Positions 1-7,479 of a stretch of 15,338 nt of DNA are shown here, in pieces. How positions within the stretch are numbered: the first letter of the stretch is position 1; each line of letters opens with the position of its first letter. The stretch comes from an uncultured Candidatus Rokubacteria bacterium. GTDB taxonomy: Bacteria > Methylomirabilota > Methylomirabilia > Rokubacteriales > CSP1-6. The DNA lies in contig CAVXJS010000023.1 in NCBI GenBank assembly GCA_963762145.1, positions 1 through 15,338 of the forward strand. The letters are read 5' to 3'. A model generated the notes under the pieces. It had not been told where the DNA came from. It saw only the letters and a program-made list of their open reading frames with translations, and made no database searches. The translations under genes were made by a program, and so were the position numbers.

Positions 1-704
1 GGATCGAATCTGTTTCTCCATGTTGGGTCCGCCACGTCTAGGTTCAGAAAGTCTTCCAGTCGCTGCAGGTCTTCGAAGGTGAAGACTCTGGGTAGAGTCG
101 GTAGGCTATTGAATTCCTCGAGTATGTCGTCGGGTCCACTTTCCGCCGCCGCAAAGGTGCGATTCGCCAGTATGTCCGCCGCTTGAAGGGGCAGGAACCC
201 GTTCACTGCCTTCCCCTTCCGAACTTGATCCCATCCGGGCTTAAAGATCGGAGCTGGATAGCCGTCTCTATACATCGCATCCATCAACTTGCCCTTCCCA
301 TCATCGCCGTCCGCAAAAACGTACTCCAATTGTGCCGATGACCACTCTGTGGTCTTCCAGAACTGCACATCGCTAACGATGATGCGGCCGGCGAGACTGT
401 AGGCGTTATGCAAGAACGTAGTCCGCAGCAGAGGGCTTACACTCGCGACTTGGACGGTGACTGAGAACTTCTGAAACACATGACTCAGGATAATGCTGAC
501 AAGATCGCGAACCAACGGCCGATGGCGGGGATTAAGAAACTCAGTCATGTGAAAGTGCGGGATGTTGCTCTCAGCCAAGCGCATTGCCCAAGCCTCGGAG
601 AACTGAATCCACTCCTTAGCGCGCGACACAAACCCCGCCACTACGACATAGGGCTTATCGCTCTCCTGGCCTGAGCCGTCGAAAGCGGCGGTCAGCATTG
701 CCAT
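1..704 (-). CDS. DUF3800-like (RNase H-like fold) protein, 3'-truncated by the window edge
   Basis: Manual translation from ATG 704 is open to position 1: MAMLTAAFDGSGQESDKPYVVVAGFVS...FHMTEF...LEYVFADGD...FLPLQAADILA... It has the N-terminal (Y/F)D-x-SG plus VVAG strand, FHM and LQxAD motifs typical of DUF3800. The frame stays open upstream (alternative starts GTG 749, TTG 758). GC is visibly lower than in neighbouring genes. Absent from the ORF track because the stop is outside the window. Confidence 0.75.
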   Translation of the reverse strand, partial: MAMLTAAFDGSGQESDKPYVVVAGFVSRAKEWIQFSEAWAMRLAESNIPHFHMTEFLNPRHRPLVRDLVSIILSHVFQKFSVTVQVASVSPLLRTTFLHNAYSLAGRIIVSDVQFWKTTEWSSAQLEYVFADGDDGKGKLMDAMYRDGYPAPIFKPGWDQVRKGKAVNGFLPLQAADILANRTFAAAESGPDDILEEFNSLPTLPRVFTFEDLQRLEDFLNLDVADPTWRNRFD

Positions 705-820
705 GAGCAGACCATCCCAGTCGCGTCGGGCGCGTAAAGTGCTCGCCACATGAATCAAAGCCTGCCCCGATCGGGTGGGTGAGTCAAGTATATTATCCCC
801 TATCAGGCTCCATCTGGTCT

Positions 821-856
821 AATCAATCTAAATCAAGTATAATCAATCCGGGAGGA
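821..856 (+). promoter_or_regulatory. Citrate synthase promoter region: three AATCAA direct repeats at 10-bp period overlapping a TATAAT -10 box, followed by an RBS
   Basis: AATCAA at 821, 831 and 841; perfect TATAAT at 838-843; GGAGGA at 851-856. Confidence 0.6.
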
Positions 857-861
857 CAAAC

Positions 862-2008
862 ATCGGCGACGGCGTACAAGGACGGGCTCGAGGACATCAT
901 CGCGGCGCGGTCGGCGATCTGCCGGGTGGACGGCGAGGCCGGGCGTCTCTACTACCGGGGCTACGAGATCGCGGATCTGGCCGGGGCGGCGAGCTTCGAG
1001 GACGCCACGCGGCTGTTCTGGGTCGGGGAGCTGCCGTCGCCGGCCGAGCGCGCGGAGTTCGGCGCGCGGCTGGGGGAGACGCGGCCCCTGCCGCCGCCGG
1101 TGCTCGACCTGCTGCGCCGACTGCCGCGCGAGTGCCACCCGCTGGACGCCCTGCGCACCGCGGTGTCGCTGGCCGCCGCCTCCGATCCGGACGTCCGCTC
1201 CGACGAGCCGGCCGCCAACCTGCGCAAGGCCTATCGGCTGATAAACCTGGTGCCCGCCACGGTGGCCGCCTGGCAGCGCATCCGCACCGGGCGCGAGCCG
1301 GTGGCGGCGCGGGCCGACGGCTCCCACGCCGCGAACTTCCTCTACATGCTCGACGGCAGGGAGCCGTCCGCGGAGGTCGCGCGCGTCCTGGACGTGATCC
1401 TCACGCTGCACGCCGACCACGAGTTCAACGCCTCCACCTTCGCGGCGCGCGTGGCGGTGGCCACGGTGGCCGACATGCACTCCGCGGTCGTCGCCGCCAT
1501 CGCGACACTCAAGGGGCCGCGCCACGGCGGCGCCAACGAGGACGTGCTGGCCATGCTTCTCGAGATCGCCGAGCCCGAGCGGGCCGAGGCCTTCGTGGAA
1601 GCGCGGATCGGGGCGCGCGCCGCGCTCTCCAAGCGGGATCGGCCAATCCCAAGTCGCGCATGCCCGGCTTCGGCCATCGCGTCTACAAGGTGGACGACGC
1701 GCGGGCGCGGGTGCTGCGCGGCATGGCCAAGTCCATGGCGGAGGCCACCGGGCGCGGCAAGCTCTTCGAGGTCGCGGAGCGGCTCTACGACGCGATGAAG
1801 GCGCGGACCAGCCTGCCGGTCAACGTGGACTTCTTCTCCGCGGTGGTCTACGACGCGCTCGGTATCCCGCCCGACTTCTGCACGTCCATCTTCGCGGTCG
1901 GGCCGGGTGGCGGGCTGGTGCGGGCACATCATGGAGCAGTACGCCGACAACCGGCTGATCCGGCCGCGCGCGGACTACATCGGCCAGCCCGCCCGCGCGC
2001 TGCCGTAG
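862..2008 (+). CDS. gltA: Citrate synthase (citrate/2-methylcitrate synthase family); three apparent 1-bp indels
   Basis: Motifs YKDGLEDI, LYYRGY, DHEFNASTF, GPRHGGANE, GFGHRVYK, NVDFF and (G)RVAGWCGHIMEQY..NRLIRPRADYIG are spread over three frames, with shifts near 1640 and 1900. The RBS GGAGGA is followed by 'ATcG GCG ACG' at 862-871, read as an ATG with an extra C. Stop TAG at 2006-2008. PrpC specificity is not excluded. Confidence 0.9.
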
Positions 2009-2022
2009 GGCCCTCAGCAAGC

Positions 2023-2104
2023 GCCCCTCACCCTGCCCTCTCCCCCCCGGGGGCGAGGGTTTCGAGATCACCCTCTCCCCTGGGGAGAGGGCAGGGTGAG
2101 GGGC
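2023..2104. repeat. REP/REPIN-like palindromic element (copy 1, intergenic between convergent genes)
   Basis: Perfect 23-bp terminal inverted repeats GCCCCTCACCCTGCCCTCTCCCC (2023-2045) and its complement (2082-2104). Each half also forms a CCCTCTCCCC...GGGG(A/C)GAGGG hairpin. It may also act as a terminator for the convergent genes. Confidence 0.85.
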
Positions 2105-3616
2105 CTAGAGCTCGCCCGGGAACTCGCTGAGCGCGGACAGGATCGAGAGCGGCGCGGCCTGCCCCAGGCCGCACAGCGAGGCCACGCGCACCACGTCGGC
2201 CAGCTCGGCCACCGCCTGGCGGTCCACCGGCGCGCGGCCGTCGAGCATGTCGCGCAGCCGCGCGGTGCCCTCGCGGCACGGGGTGCACTTGCCGCAGGAC
2301 TCGCGCGTGTTGAAATCGAGCAGCACGCGCACCGCCTCGGCTACGGGACCCCCGCGTGCAGCGCCGCGACGCCGCCCGTGCCGGGATTCGGGTTGCCGCC
2401 GGGCACCAGCGGCTCGTCGAAGCGGCGCGGCGGGACGAGGATCCCCGAGGGCCCGCCGAGGGCCACCGCGGTCACGGGCCGGGCATCCGGCGCGCCGCCG
2501 CCCATGCGCTCGAGCAGATCGCGCAGCGTCAGGCCGAGCTCCGCCTCGATGACCCCGGGCCGCGCCACGTGGCCGGACAGGCCGAACACCTTCGTGCCGT
2601 GGCCGCGGCCGAGCCCCGTCCACCACTCGGCGCCGCGCCCGACGATCAAGGGGACGGTGAACAGGGTCTCGACGTTGTTGATGACGGTGGGCCGTCCGTG
2701 GACGCCCGACTCGGTCGGGAACGGCGGCTTCGGCCGCGGCATCGCCCGGCGGCCCTCGAGCGATTCCATCAGCGCCGTCTCCTCGCCCAGCACGAACCCG
2801 CCCGCGCCGCGCCGGATCTCGACCGCGACCGAGAAGTCGCTGCCGAGCACGCGCTCGCCCACGAAGCCCGCCGCGCCGGGCCTGGTCCAGCGCCCGCTCG
2901 ACGTGGCGCGCGGCCAGATGCGCCTCGCCGTGGATGTAGAGGATCACGCGCGTGGCGCCCGCCGCGTAGGCGGCCAGCAGCGCGCCTTCGAGGAGCCGGT
3001 GGGGATCGCCCTCCAGGAGGTGGCGGTCCTTGAAGATGCCGGGCTCGCCCTCCTCCCCGTTGACGATGAGGTACTTGACCGGGCCCGCCGCGCGGCGGGC
3101 GCCCTCCCACTTGAGCGCGGCCTGGAAGTAGGCGCCGCCGCGGCCGCGCAATCCCGCGGCCTTGATGGTCGCGATGACGCGCTCGGGCTGCGCCTCGGCC
3201 AGCGCGCGCCGGAGCGCCCCGTAGGAGCCGAGCCGGATCGCGTCGGCGATGTCGCCCGGATCGGTGACGCCGCAGCGGCTCATCAGCTCGCGCCGCTGGC
3301 CGGCGAGGAACGCGGCCACGTCGGCGTGCTCGGGGGGCGGGGCCGTGCTCACGGCCTGCAGCAGGGCGGCGGCCTGGTCGGCGGTCACGCGCGGGATCAC
3401 GCGCGGGGCCTCGTCGCCGCGCAGGACGGTGACGACCGGCGCGGCCCAGCACATGCCGTTGCAGCCGCCGGCGACGACGCGGGCGGAGAGCTGCAGGCGC
3501 GTGATCTCGTCACGCAGGGCGCGGAGCGTGTCGGCGGCGCCGACCGAGAGGCCGCAGGTCCCGGCGCCTACCACCAGGGTGAGCGGGGGCGTGTCCGTCG
3601 CCGCGGGCCCCCTCAC
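2105..3616 (-). CDS. nuoF: NuoF/HoxF/FdsB-like NAD(H)/FMN-binding diaphorase module with an N-terminal thioredoxin-like [2Fe-2S] domain; probably fused to the upstream NuoE module (whole gene 2105..4131)
   Basis: GAGTCG...GGCNGMC (Trx-like Fe-S domain), GLRGRGGAYF, NGEEGEPGIFKDR, GAGGFVLGEETAL, RPKPPFP, PTVINNVETL, LGGPSG, ESCGKCTPCREG and CGLG ([4Fe-4S] N3 ligands). Compensating frameshifts near 2874 and 2345. Stop TAG at 2105-2107. Confidence 0.88.
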   Translation of the reverse strand: MRGPAATDTPPLTLVVGAGTCGLSVGAADTLRALRDEITRLQLSARVVAGGCNGMCWAAPVVTVLRGDEAPRVIPRVTADQAAALLQAVSTAPPPEHADVAAFLAGQRRELMSRCGVTDPGDIADAIRLGSYGALRRALAEAQPERVIATIKAAGLRGRGGAYFQAALKWEGARRAAGPVKYLIVNGEEGEPGIFKDRHLLEGDPHRLLEGALLAAYAAGATRVILYIHGEAHLAARHVERALDQARRGGLRGRARARQRLLGRGRDPARRGRVRAGRGDGADGIARGPPGDAAAEAAVPDRVGRPRTAHRHQQRRDPVHRPLDRRARRRVVDGARPRPRHEGVRPVRPRGAARGHRGGARPDAARSARAHGRRRAGCPARDRGGPRRALGDPRPAAPLRRAAGARRQPESRHGRRRGAARGGPVAEAVRVLLDFNTRESCGKCTPCREGTARLRDMLDGRAPVDRQAVAELADVVRVASLCGLGQAAPLSILSALSEFPGEL

Positions 3617-3695
3617 CCCGGCCCTCTCCCCAGAGGGGAGAGGGAGTTCGGGCGAACCCTCGCCCTCGGAGGGGGAGAGGGCAGGGTGGGGGGGC
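3607..3695. repeat. REP/REPIN-like palindromic element (copy 2, inside coding sequence at the NuoE/NuoF junction)
   Basis: CCCCTCACCCCGGCCCTCTCCCC-AGA-GGGGAGAGGG...CCCTCGCCCTC-GGA-GGGGGAGAGGGCAGGGTGGGGGGGC has the same architecture and arm sequence as 2023-2104. Confidence 0.85.
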
Positions 3696-4131
3696 GCGGC
3701 CAGCAGCCGGTCCACCGCCGCGGGGTCACCCGCCCGCGATGCGCGCCGTCCACCTCCACCACCGGCGCCATCGCGCAGTCGAACGCGCAGTCGAGCCGCT
3801 CGAGCGTGACCGCGCCGTCCGCGGTCGTCGCGTCCGCCGCGATGCCGAGGCGCCGCTCGCAGGCGTCCAGGACGTCGAGCCCGCCGCGGACGCGGCACGA
3901 GAGCCCCACGCAGACGCGCACCACGCGGTCCCCGGGCCGGGTCAGGCGGAACTCGGGATAGTGCGTGGCGACGCCGTACACCTCGCTCTTCGGCACCCGC
4001 AGATGCTCGGCCGCCTCCTCGAGCGCCGCGGGCGAGAGCCAGCGATCGCGATGCTGGAGCGCGTGCAGCGCGGGGAGCAGCCAGGTCCGCTCGCGCGGGA
4101 ACCGGCTCAGGACGTCGGCGGGCTCGGACAA
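3613..4131 (-). CDS. nuoE: NuoE-like [2Fe-2S] module (probably the N-terminal part of a NuoE-NuoF fusion; apparent 1-bp deletion near 3722)
   Basis: LLPALHALQ, EVYGVATHY and CVGLSC...CAFDC (C-x4-C...C-x3-C). The expected C-terminal helix GRVTP-AAVDRLL continues in the NuoF frame if one C is added to the run at 3722-3725. TTG start at 4131, 13 bp after the queC stop. Confidence 0.85.
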   Translation of the reverse strand: MSEPADVLSRFPRERTWLLPALHALQHRDRWLSPAALEEAAEHLRVPKSEVYGVATHYPEFRLTRPGDRVVRVCVGLSCRVRGGLDVLDACERRLGIAADATTADGAVTLERLDCAFDCAMAPVVEVDGAHRGRVTPRRWTGCWPRPPTLPSPPPRARVRPNSLSPLGRGPG

Positions 4132-4144
4132 GGGGCGGGGCGGC

Positions 4145-4837
4145 TCAGCGCGCCGCGGGCACGGGATCGCGCAGGCCGGCCTCCGCGAAGCCCTTCTGTC
4201 GGAGCAGGCAGGAGTCGCAGGCCCCGCAGGCCCGGCCGTCGGGCTGGGGCTCGTAGCAGGACCACGTGAGGCTGAAGTCCACGCCGAGCTCCGCCCCGCG
4301 CCGGACGATCTCGGCCTTGGTCAGGCGGATCAGCGGGGTGTGGATCGTGAGCCGGCTCCGGCCCTCGACGCCGGCCCTGGTCGCGAGATTCGCCATGCGC
4401 TCGAACGCCTCGATGTATTCCGGACGGCAATCGGGATATCCCGAGTAATCAAGGGCATTTACCCCGATGAAGATGTCCTGCGACTCGAGCACCTCCGCCC
4501 AGGCCAGCGCGTGGCTCAGGAAGATGGTGTTCCGGGCCGGGACATAGGTCACGGGGATGCCCGTGGCCATGGCCTCGTGGCTGCGGCCCTTGGGCACCGG
4601 GATGTCCGCGGTCAGCGCCGAACCGCCGATGGCGCGCAGGTCGAGGCGCAGCACCAGATGCTCCTTGGCCCCCAGGGCGGCCGCCACCCGCCGCGCGGAG
4701 TCGAGCTCGCGCTCGTGCCGCTGGCCGTAGTCGAAGGAGAGCGCGTAGCCGTCGAAGCCCTCGGCCCGCGCCACCGCGAACGCGGTCGTCGAGTCGAGGC
4801 CACCCGAGAGCAGGACCACCGCGCGGCGCGCCGGCAT
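4145..4837 (-). CDS. queC: 7-cyano-7-deazaguanine (preQ0) synthase QueC
   Basis: SGGLDS PP-loop, [25 protein letters not shown] and the Zn motif TWSCY...CGACDSC. ATG at 4837 overlaps the queE stop (TGATG). The ORF-track start at 4924 is too long. Confidence 0.97.
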   Translation of the reverse strand: MPARRAVVLLSGGLDSTTAFAVARAEGFDGYALSFDYGQRHERELDSARRVAAALGAKEHLVLRLDLRAIGGSALTADIPVPKGRSHEAMATGIPVTYVPARNTIFLSHALAWAEVLESQDIFIGVNALDYSGYPDCRPEYIEAFERMANLATRAGVEGRSRLTIHTPLIRLTKAEIVRRGAELGVDFSLTWSCYEPQPDGRACGACDSCLLRQKGFAEAGLRDPVPAAR

Positions 4838-5515
4838 CAGACGCCCCGCTTCGCGCCCCAGATCAGGATGTGCAGGCGCGGCGAGAAGCGGAAGCCGTGA
4901 GTCTTGCAGGCCTCCACCAGCCACGGCGTGCGGGCGGCCAGCTCCTCTGCCCGCAGGCCTTCCGGCTGCAGCAGCACCCGCTCACGGGGCAGCGCGAAGC
5001 GCTCGGCCAGCCGGAGCACCTCGCCGATCTCCCCGGGCTCGCTCACCACGAACTTCCACCAGGCTCCGCGGGCCAGGAAGGCGCGGATCGCGGCCGGCGT
5101 TGACGCGGGTGCTCTCCGGGACGCCCGAGCCCGAGAGCTTGAGCGACACGTTCCACTGGATCCTCGCGTCGGCCTCGGGCGCGGGGGTCCGGGTGCCCGA
5201 GGTCTCGACCTCGACGACGTACTCCCGGGCCGCCAGGGCGGCCGCCAGGGGCGGGAAGAGGGCCGACTCCAGCGGCTCGCCGCCCGTGATCACCACCCGG
5301 CGGCAGGGGAAGGCGGCCACCTCGTCCAGGAGGCCCGGGAGGTCCACCTCACGGCCGGCGGCAGGGTCCCACGAGTACTTGGTGTCGCACCAGCCACAGC
5401 CGACGGTGCAGCCCTGCAGGCGCACGAAGATGGCCGGCAGGCCGGCGGTGGCGCCTTCGCCCTGGATGGAGTAGAAGGTCTCGGCGATGCGGCCGCGGTG
5501 GGTGGTCAACGCCAT
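4837..5515 (-). CDS. queE: 7-carboxy-7-deazaguanine synthase QueE (radical SAM); one apparent indel near 5097
   Basis: [26 protein letters not shown] (CxxxCxxC), VITGGEP and VETSG; the C-terminal part WKFVV...LQPEG...[16 protein letters not shown] lies in a second frame. Adjacent to queC. Confidence 0.93.
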
Positions 5516-5527
5516 AAGATCCGAAAA

Positions 5528-5536
5528 ATACTAGCA
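5528..5536 (-). promoter_or_regulatory. Putative extended -10 promoter for queE (TGc-TAGTAT), very short leader
   Basis: The minus strand reads TGCTAGTAT 12 nt before the ATG at 5515; no SD is evident. Confidence 0.4.
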
Positions 5537-5557
5537 TGGCGAAGCCGCTGGAAGGTC

Positions 5558-5586
5558 TTGCCGGGGCTGGGAACGCCTGATATAAC
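5558..5586 (+). promoter_or_regulatory. Sigma70-type promoter for the 5615 gene
   Basis: TTGCCG (5558-5563), 17 bp, TATAAC (5581-5586) with a TGn extension; strong RBS AAGGAGG at 5603-5609. Confidence 0.6.
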
Positions 5587-5614
5587 CGAGGGCAAGTCGG
5601 ACAAGGAGGGTGCC

Positions 5615-5890
5615 ATGGCCTACAGCCTGACCGATTCCCTCAAGCACAACCGCTTCAGCATCGTGTCCGTGGACAAGGCCGCCGGCACCGTCCGCGTGCG
5701 CGGCGAAGCCGAGGTGTGTACCGACCTGAGCTGTGGCGAGACGCTGGTGGTGACCGACGAGGGCACCACGCACGACCTCGCGCAGCTCTTCGCGGGCGAC
5801 ATCGTCACGCTCGACCAGAAGGACGGGCGCACCCAGCAGATCCGCGTCGTGCGTCGCGTGTGGGAGGAGTACTCCAGCCCCGAGTGGTAG
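5615..5890 (+). CDS. Small hypothetical protein (91 aa), beta-rich
   Basis: ATG 5615 follows AAGGAGG: MAYSLTDSLKHNRFSIVSVDK...LFAGDIVTL...VWEEYSSPEW. Strong GC3 codon bias; fills the gap between queE and ubiE. It is the real 3' part of track ORF 4904..5890. Confidence 0.85.
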   Translation: MAYSLTDSLKHNRFSIVSVDKAAGTVRVRGEAEVCTDLSCGETLVVTDEGTTHDLAQLFAGDIVTLDQKDGRTQQIRVVRRVWEEYSSPEW

Positions 5891-5899
5891 GCGACGCGC

Positions 5900-6618
5900 C
5901 TACGCGATCCCGGTGTGGATCGTGACGGTTCCCAGTCCGAGTCGTCGGTAGGTCACGCCCCGTAGCCCGACCTTGCCCATCAGCGCCACCAGCTCGTTCG
6001 GAGTCACGAACCGGTCCACCGACTGCGGCAGATAGCTGTACGCCTCCCGGTCGCCGCCCACGAGCTGGCCGATCCACGGGACCACGTGATGGAAGTAGAG
6101 CCGGAAGAGCGTGGTGAAGCCGGGCGCGCGCATCTGGGTGATCTCGAGCGCGACCACGCGGCCGCCCGGCCGGGTCACCCGCCGCATCTCGCGCAGGCCC
6201 TGCTCGAGGTCGGCCAGGTTGCGCAGCAGGAACGCGCTCGTCACGCAGGCGAAGGTGCGGGTCGGCGAAGGGTAGGGCCAGGGCGTCGGCCGCGAGCAGG
6301 CGCACCCGGCGCGCCTCGTCGAGCCCGTCGATCTTCTCCCGCGCCACCGAGAGCATGCCGAGCGAGAAGTCGGCCGCCGACCACCGTGCGGTGCGGGTGC
6401 ACCTCGGCGAGATCGATCGCGAGGTCGCCGGTGCCGGTGGCCAGGTCGAGCGCGGGGCCGTCGGGCGAGGCGATGGTCTGGCGCGCGGCTACCCGGCGCC
6501 AGCTGTGATGCATGCCGAGCGTCATGAGCCCGTTCATCAGGTCGTAGCGGCGGGCGATGCGCGAGAACATCGCGCTCACGAAGCGGGCCTTCTCGGCGCC
6601 GTGGAGCGTCTCGGTCAC
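5900..6618 (-). CDS. ubiE: Demethylmenaquinone methyltransferase UbiE/MenG; apparent indels near 6380 and 6260
   Basis: MFSRIARRYDLMN, LDLATGTGD (SAM motif), DFSLGML, ADALALPF, FLLRNL...EMRRVTRPGG and AYSYLPQSV across three frames. The GTG start overlaps the ubiA stop (GTGA). Confidence 0.92.
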
Positions 6619-7463
6619 GTGAGTCGCCCTCCCAGCACCGCGAAGAAGAGGATCACCGCGATGTAGCCGTTGACGCTGAAGAAGGCGATATCCAGACGCG
6701 ATAGATCATTCGGGGAGACGAGAGAGTGCTCGTAGACGAGCAGCCCCGCGACCACCAGCACCCCGAGCCAGTAGAACAGGCCGAGGCCCATCATCCAGCC
6801 GAGCAGCGCGAAGGCGGCGATGGTGAGCACGTGGCAGATCCGCGCGGTGGTGAGCGCGGCGGGGATCCCGAAGCGGGCGGGCATCGAGTGGAGCCCGGTG
6901 CGCCGGTCGAACTCCACGTCCTGGCAGGCGTAGATGAGGTCGAAGCCCGCGATCCACACCGTGAGAGCGAACCAGAGCACGTAGACCGGCGGATCGAAGG
7001 CGGCGCGCACCGCGATCCAGCCGCCCGCCGCCGCGATGCCGTCGGTGAAGCCCAGGATCCAGTGCGAGAGCCAGGTGAAGCGCTTGGTGTAGGAGTAGCC
7101 GACCAGGAACAGCACCGCGAGCGGCGAGAGCAGCAGGCAGAGCGGGTTGAGCATCCACGCGGAGACCAGCAGCAGCGCGGCCGCCAGGAGCGCGGCGACG
7201 GTCACCTGGGTGGCGGTGAGCTGGCCGGTGGGCAGGTGCCGTCGCGCGGTGCGTGGGTTGGCCGCGTCGATATACCGGTCGGCGAGGCGGTTCACGCTCA
7301 TGGCCAGCGTGCGCGCGCCCACCATCGCGAGCGTGACCCAGATCAGCACGTGCCAGCCCGGCCAGCCGTCGGCGGCCAGCACCATCGCCACGTAGGCGAA
7401 GGGCAGGGCGAAGACGGTGTGCTCGAACTTGATCGCGTCGAGGAGGTGGCGAACGGCGGGCAC
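6615..7463 (-). CDS. ubiA: UbiA-family polyprenyltransferase (MqnP-like, futalosine pathway)
   Basis: IKFEHTVFALPF, NRLADRYID-AANPRT, YSYTKRF and FDLIYACQD..FD; multiple TM segments; intact ORF. Confidence 0.93.
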   Translation of the reverse strand: MPAVRHLLDAIKFEHTVFALPFAYVAMVLAADGWPGWHVLIWVTLAMVGARTLAMSVNRLADRYIDAANPRTARRHLPTGQLTATQVTVAALLAAALLLVSAWMLNPLCLLLSPLAVLFLVGYSYTKRFTWLSHWILGFTDGIAAAGGWIAVRAAFDPPVYVLWFALTVWIAGFDLIYACQDVEFDRRTGLHSMPARFGIPAALTTARICHVLTIAAFALLGWMMGLGLFYWLGVLVVAGLLVYEHSLVSPNDLSRLDIAFFSVNGYIAVILFFAVLGGRLT

Positions 7464-7479
7464 GGAGGCGGCCGCGGGC

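Noticed and set aside
480-674. 64-aa plus-strand ORF
   Set aside because: It lies antisense within the longer, motif-bearing DUF3800-like ORF.
779-861. N-terminal extension of the citrate synthase from the track start at 779
   Set aside because: The region is AT-rich promoter sequence. The RBS at 851-856 points to a start at about 862.
4145-5515. queC/queE as part of a Dpd or QatABCD-type DNA-modification or defence system
   Set aside because: Both are canonical in length and motif with host-like GC, and no dpdA/tgt-like, TatD or ATPase genes are nearby.
5516-5614. preQ1 riboswitch upstream of queE
   Set aside because: The intergenic region is filled by two divergent promoters, and I see no preQ1 aptamer stem with an A-rich tail on the minus strand.
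862-6618. Pseudogenisation or programmed frameshifting of gltA, nuoEF, queE and ubiE
   Set aside because: The breaks are single-base indels, mostly in G/C runs. Catalytic motifs are intact, no stops remain after correction and no canonical slippery heptamers are seen, so sequencing error is the simplest explanation.
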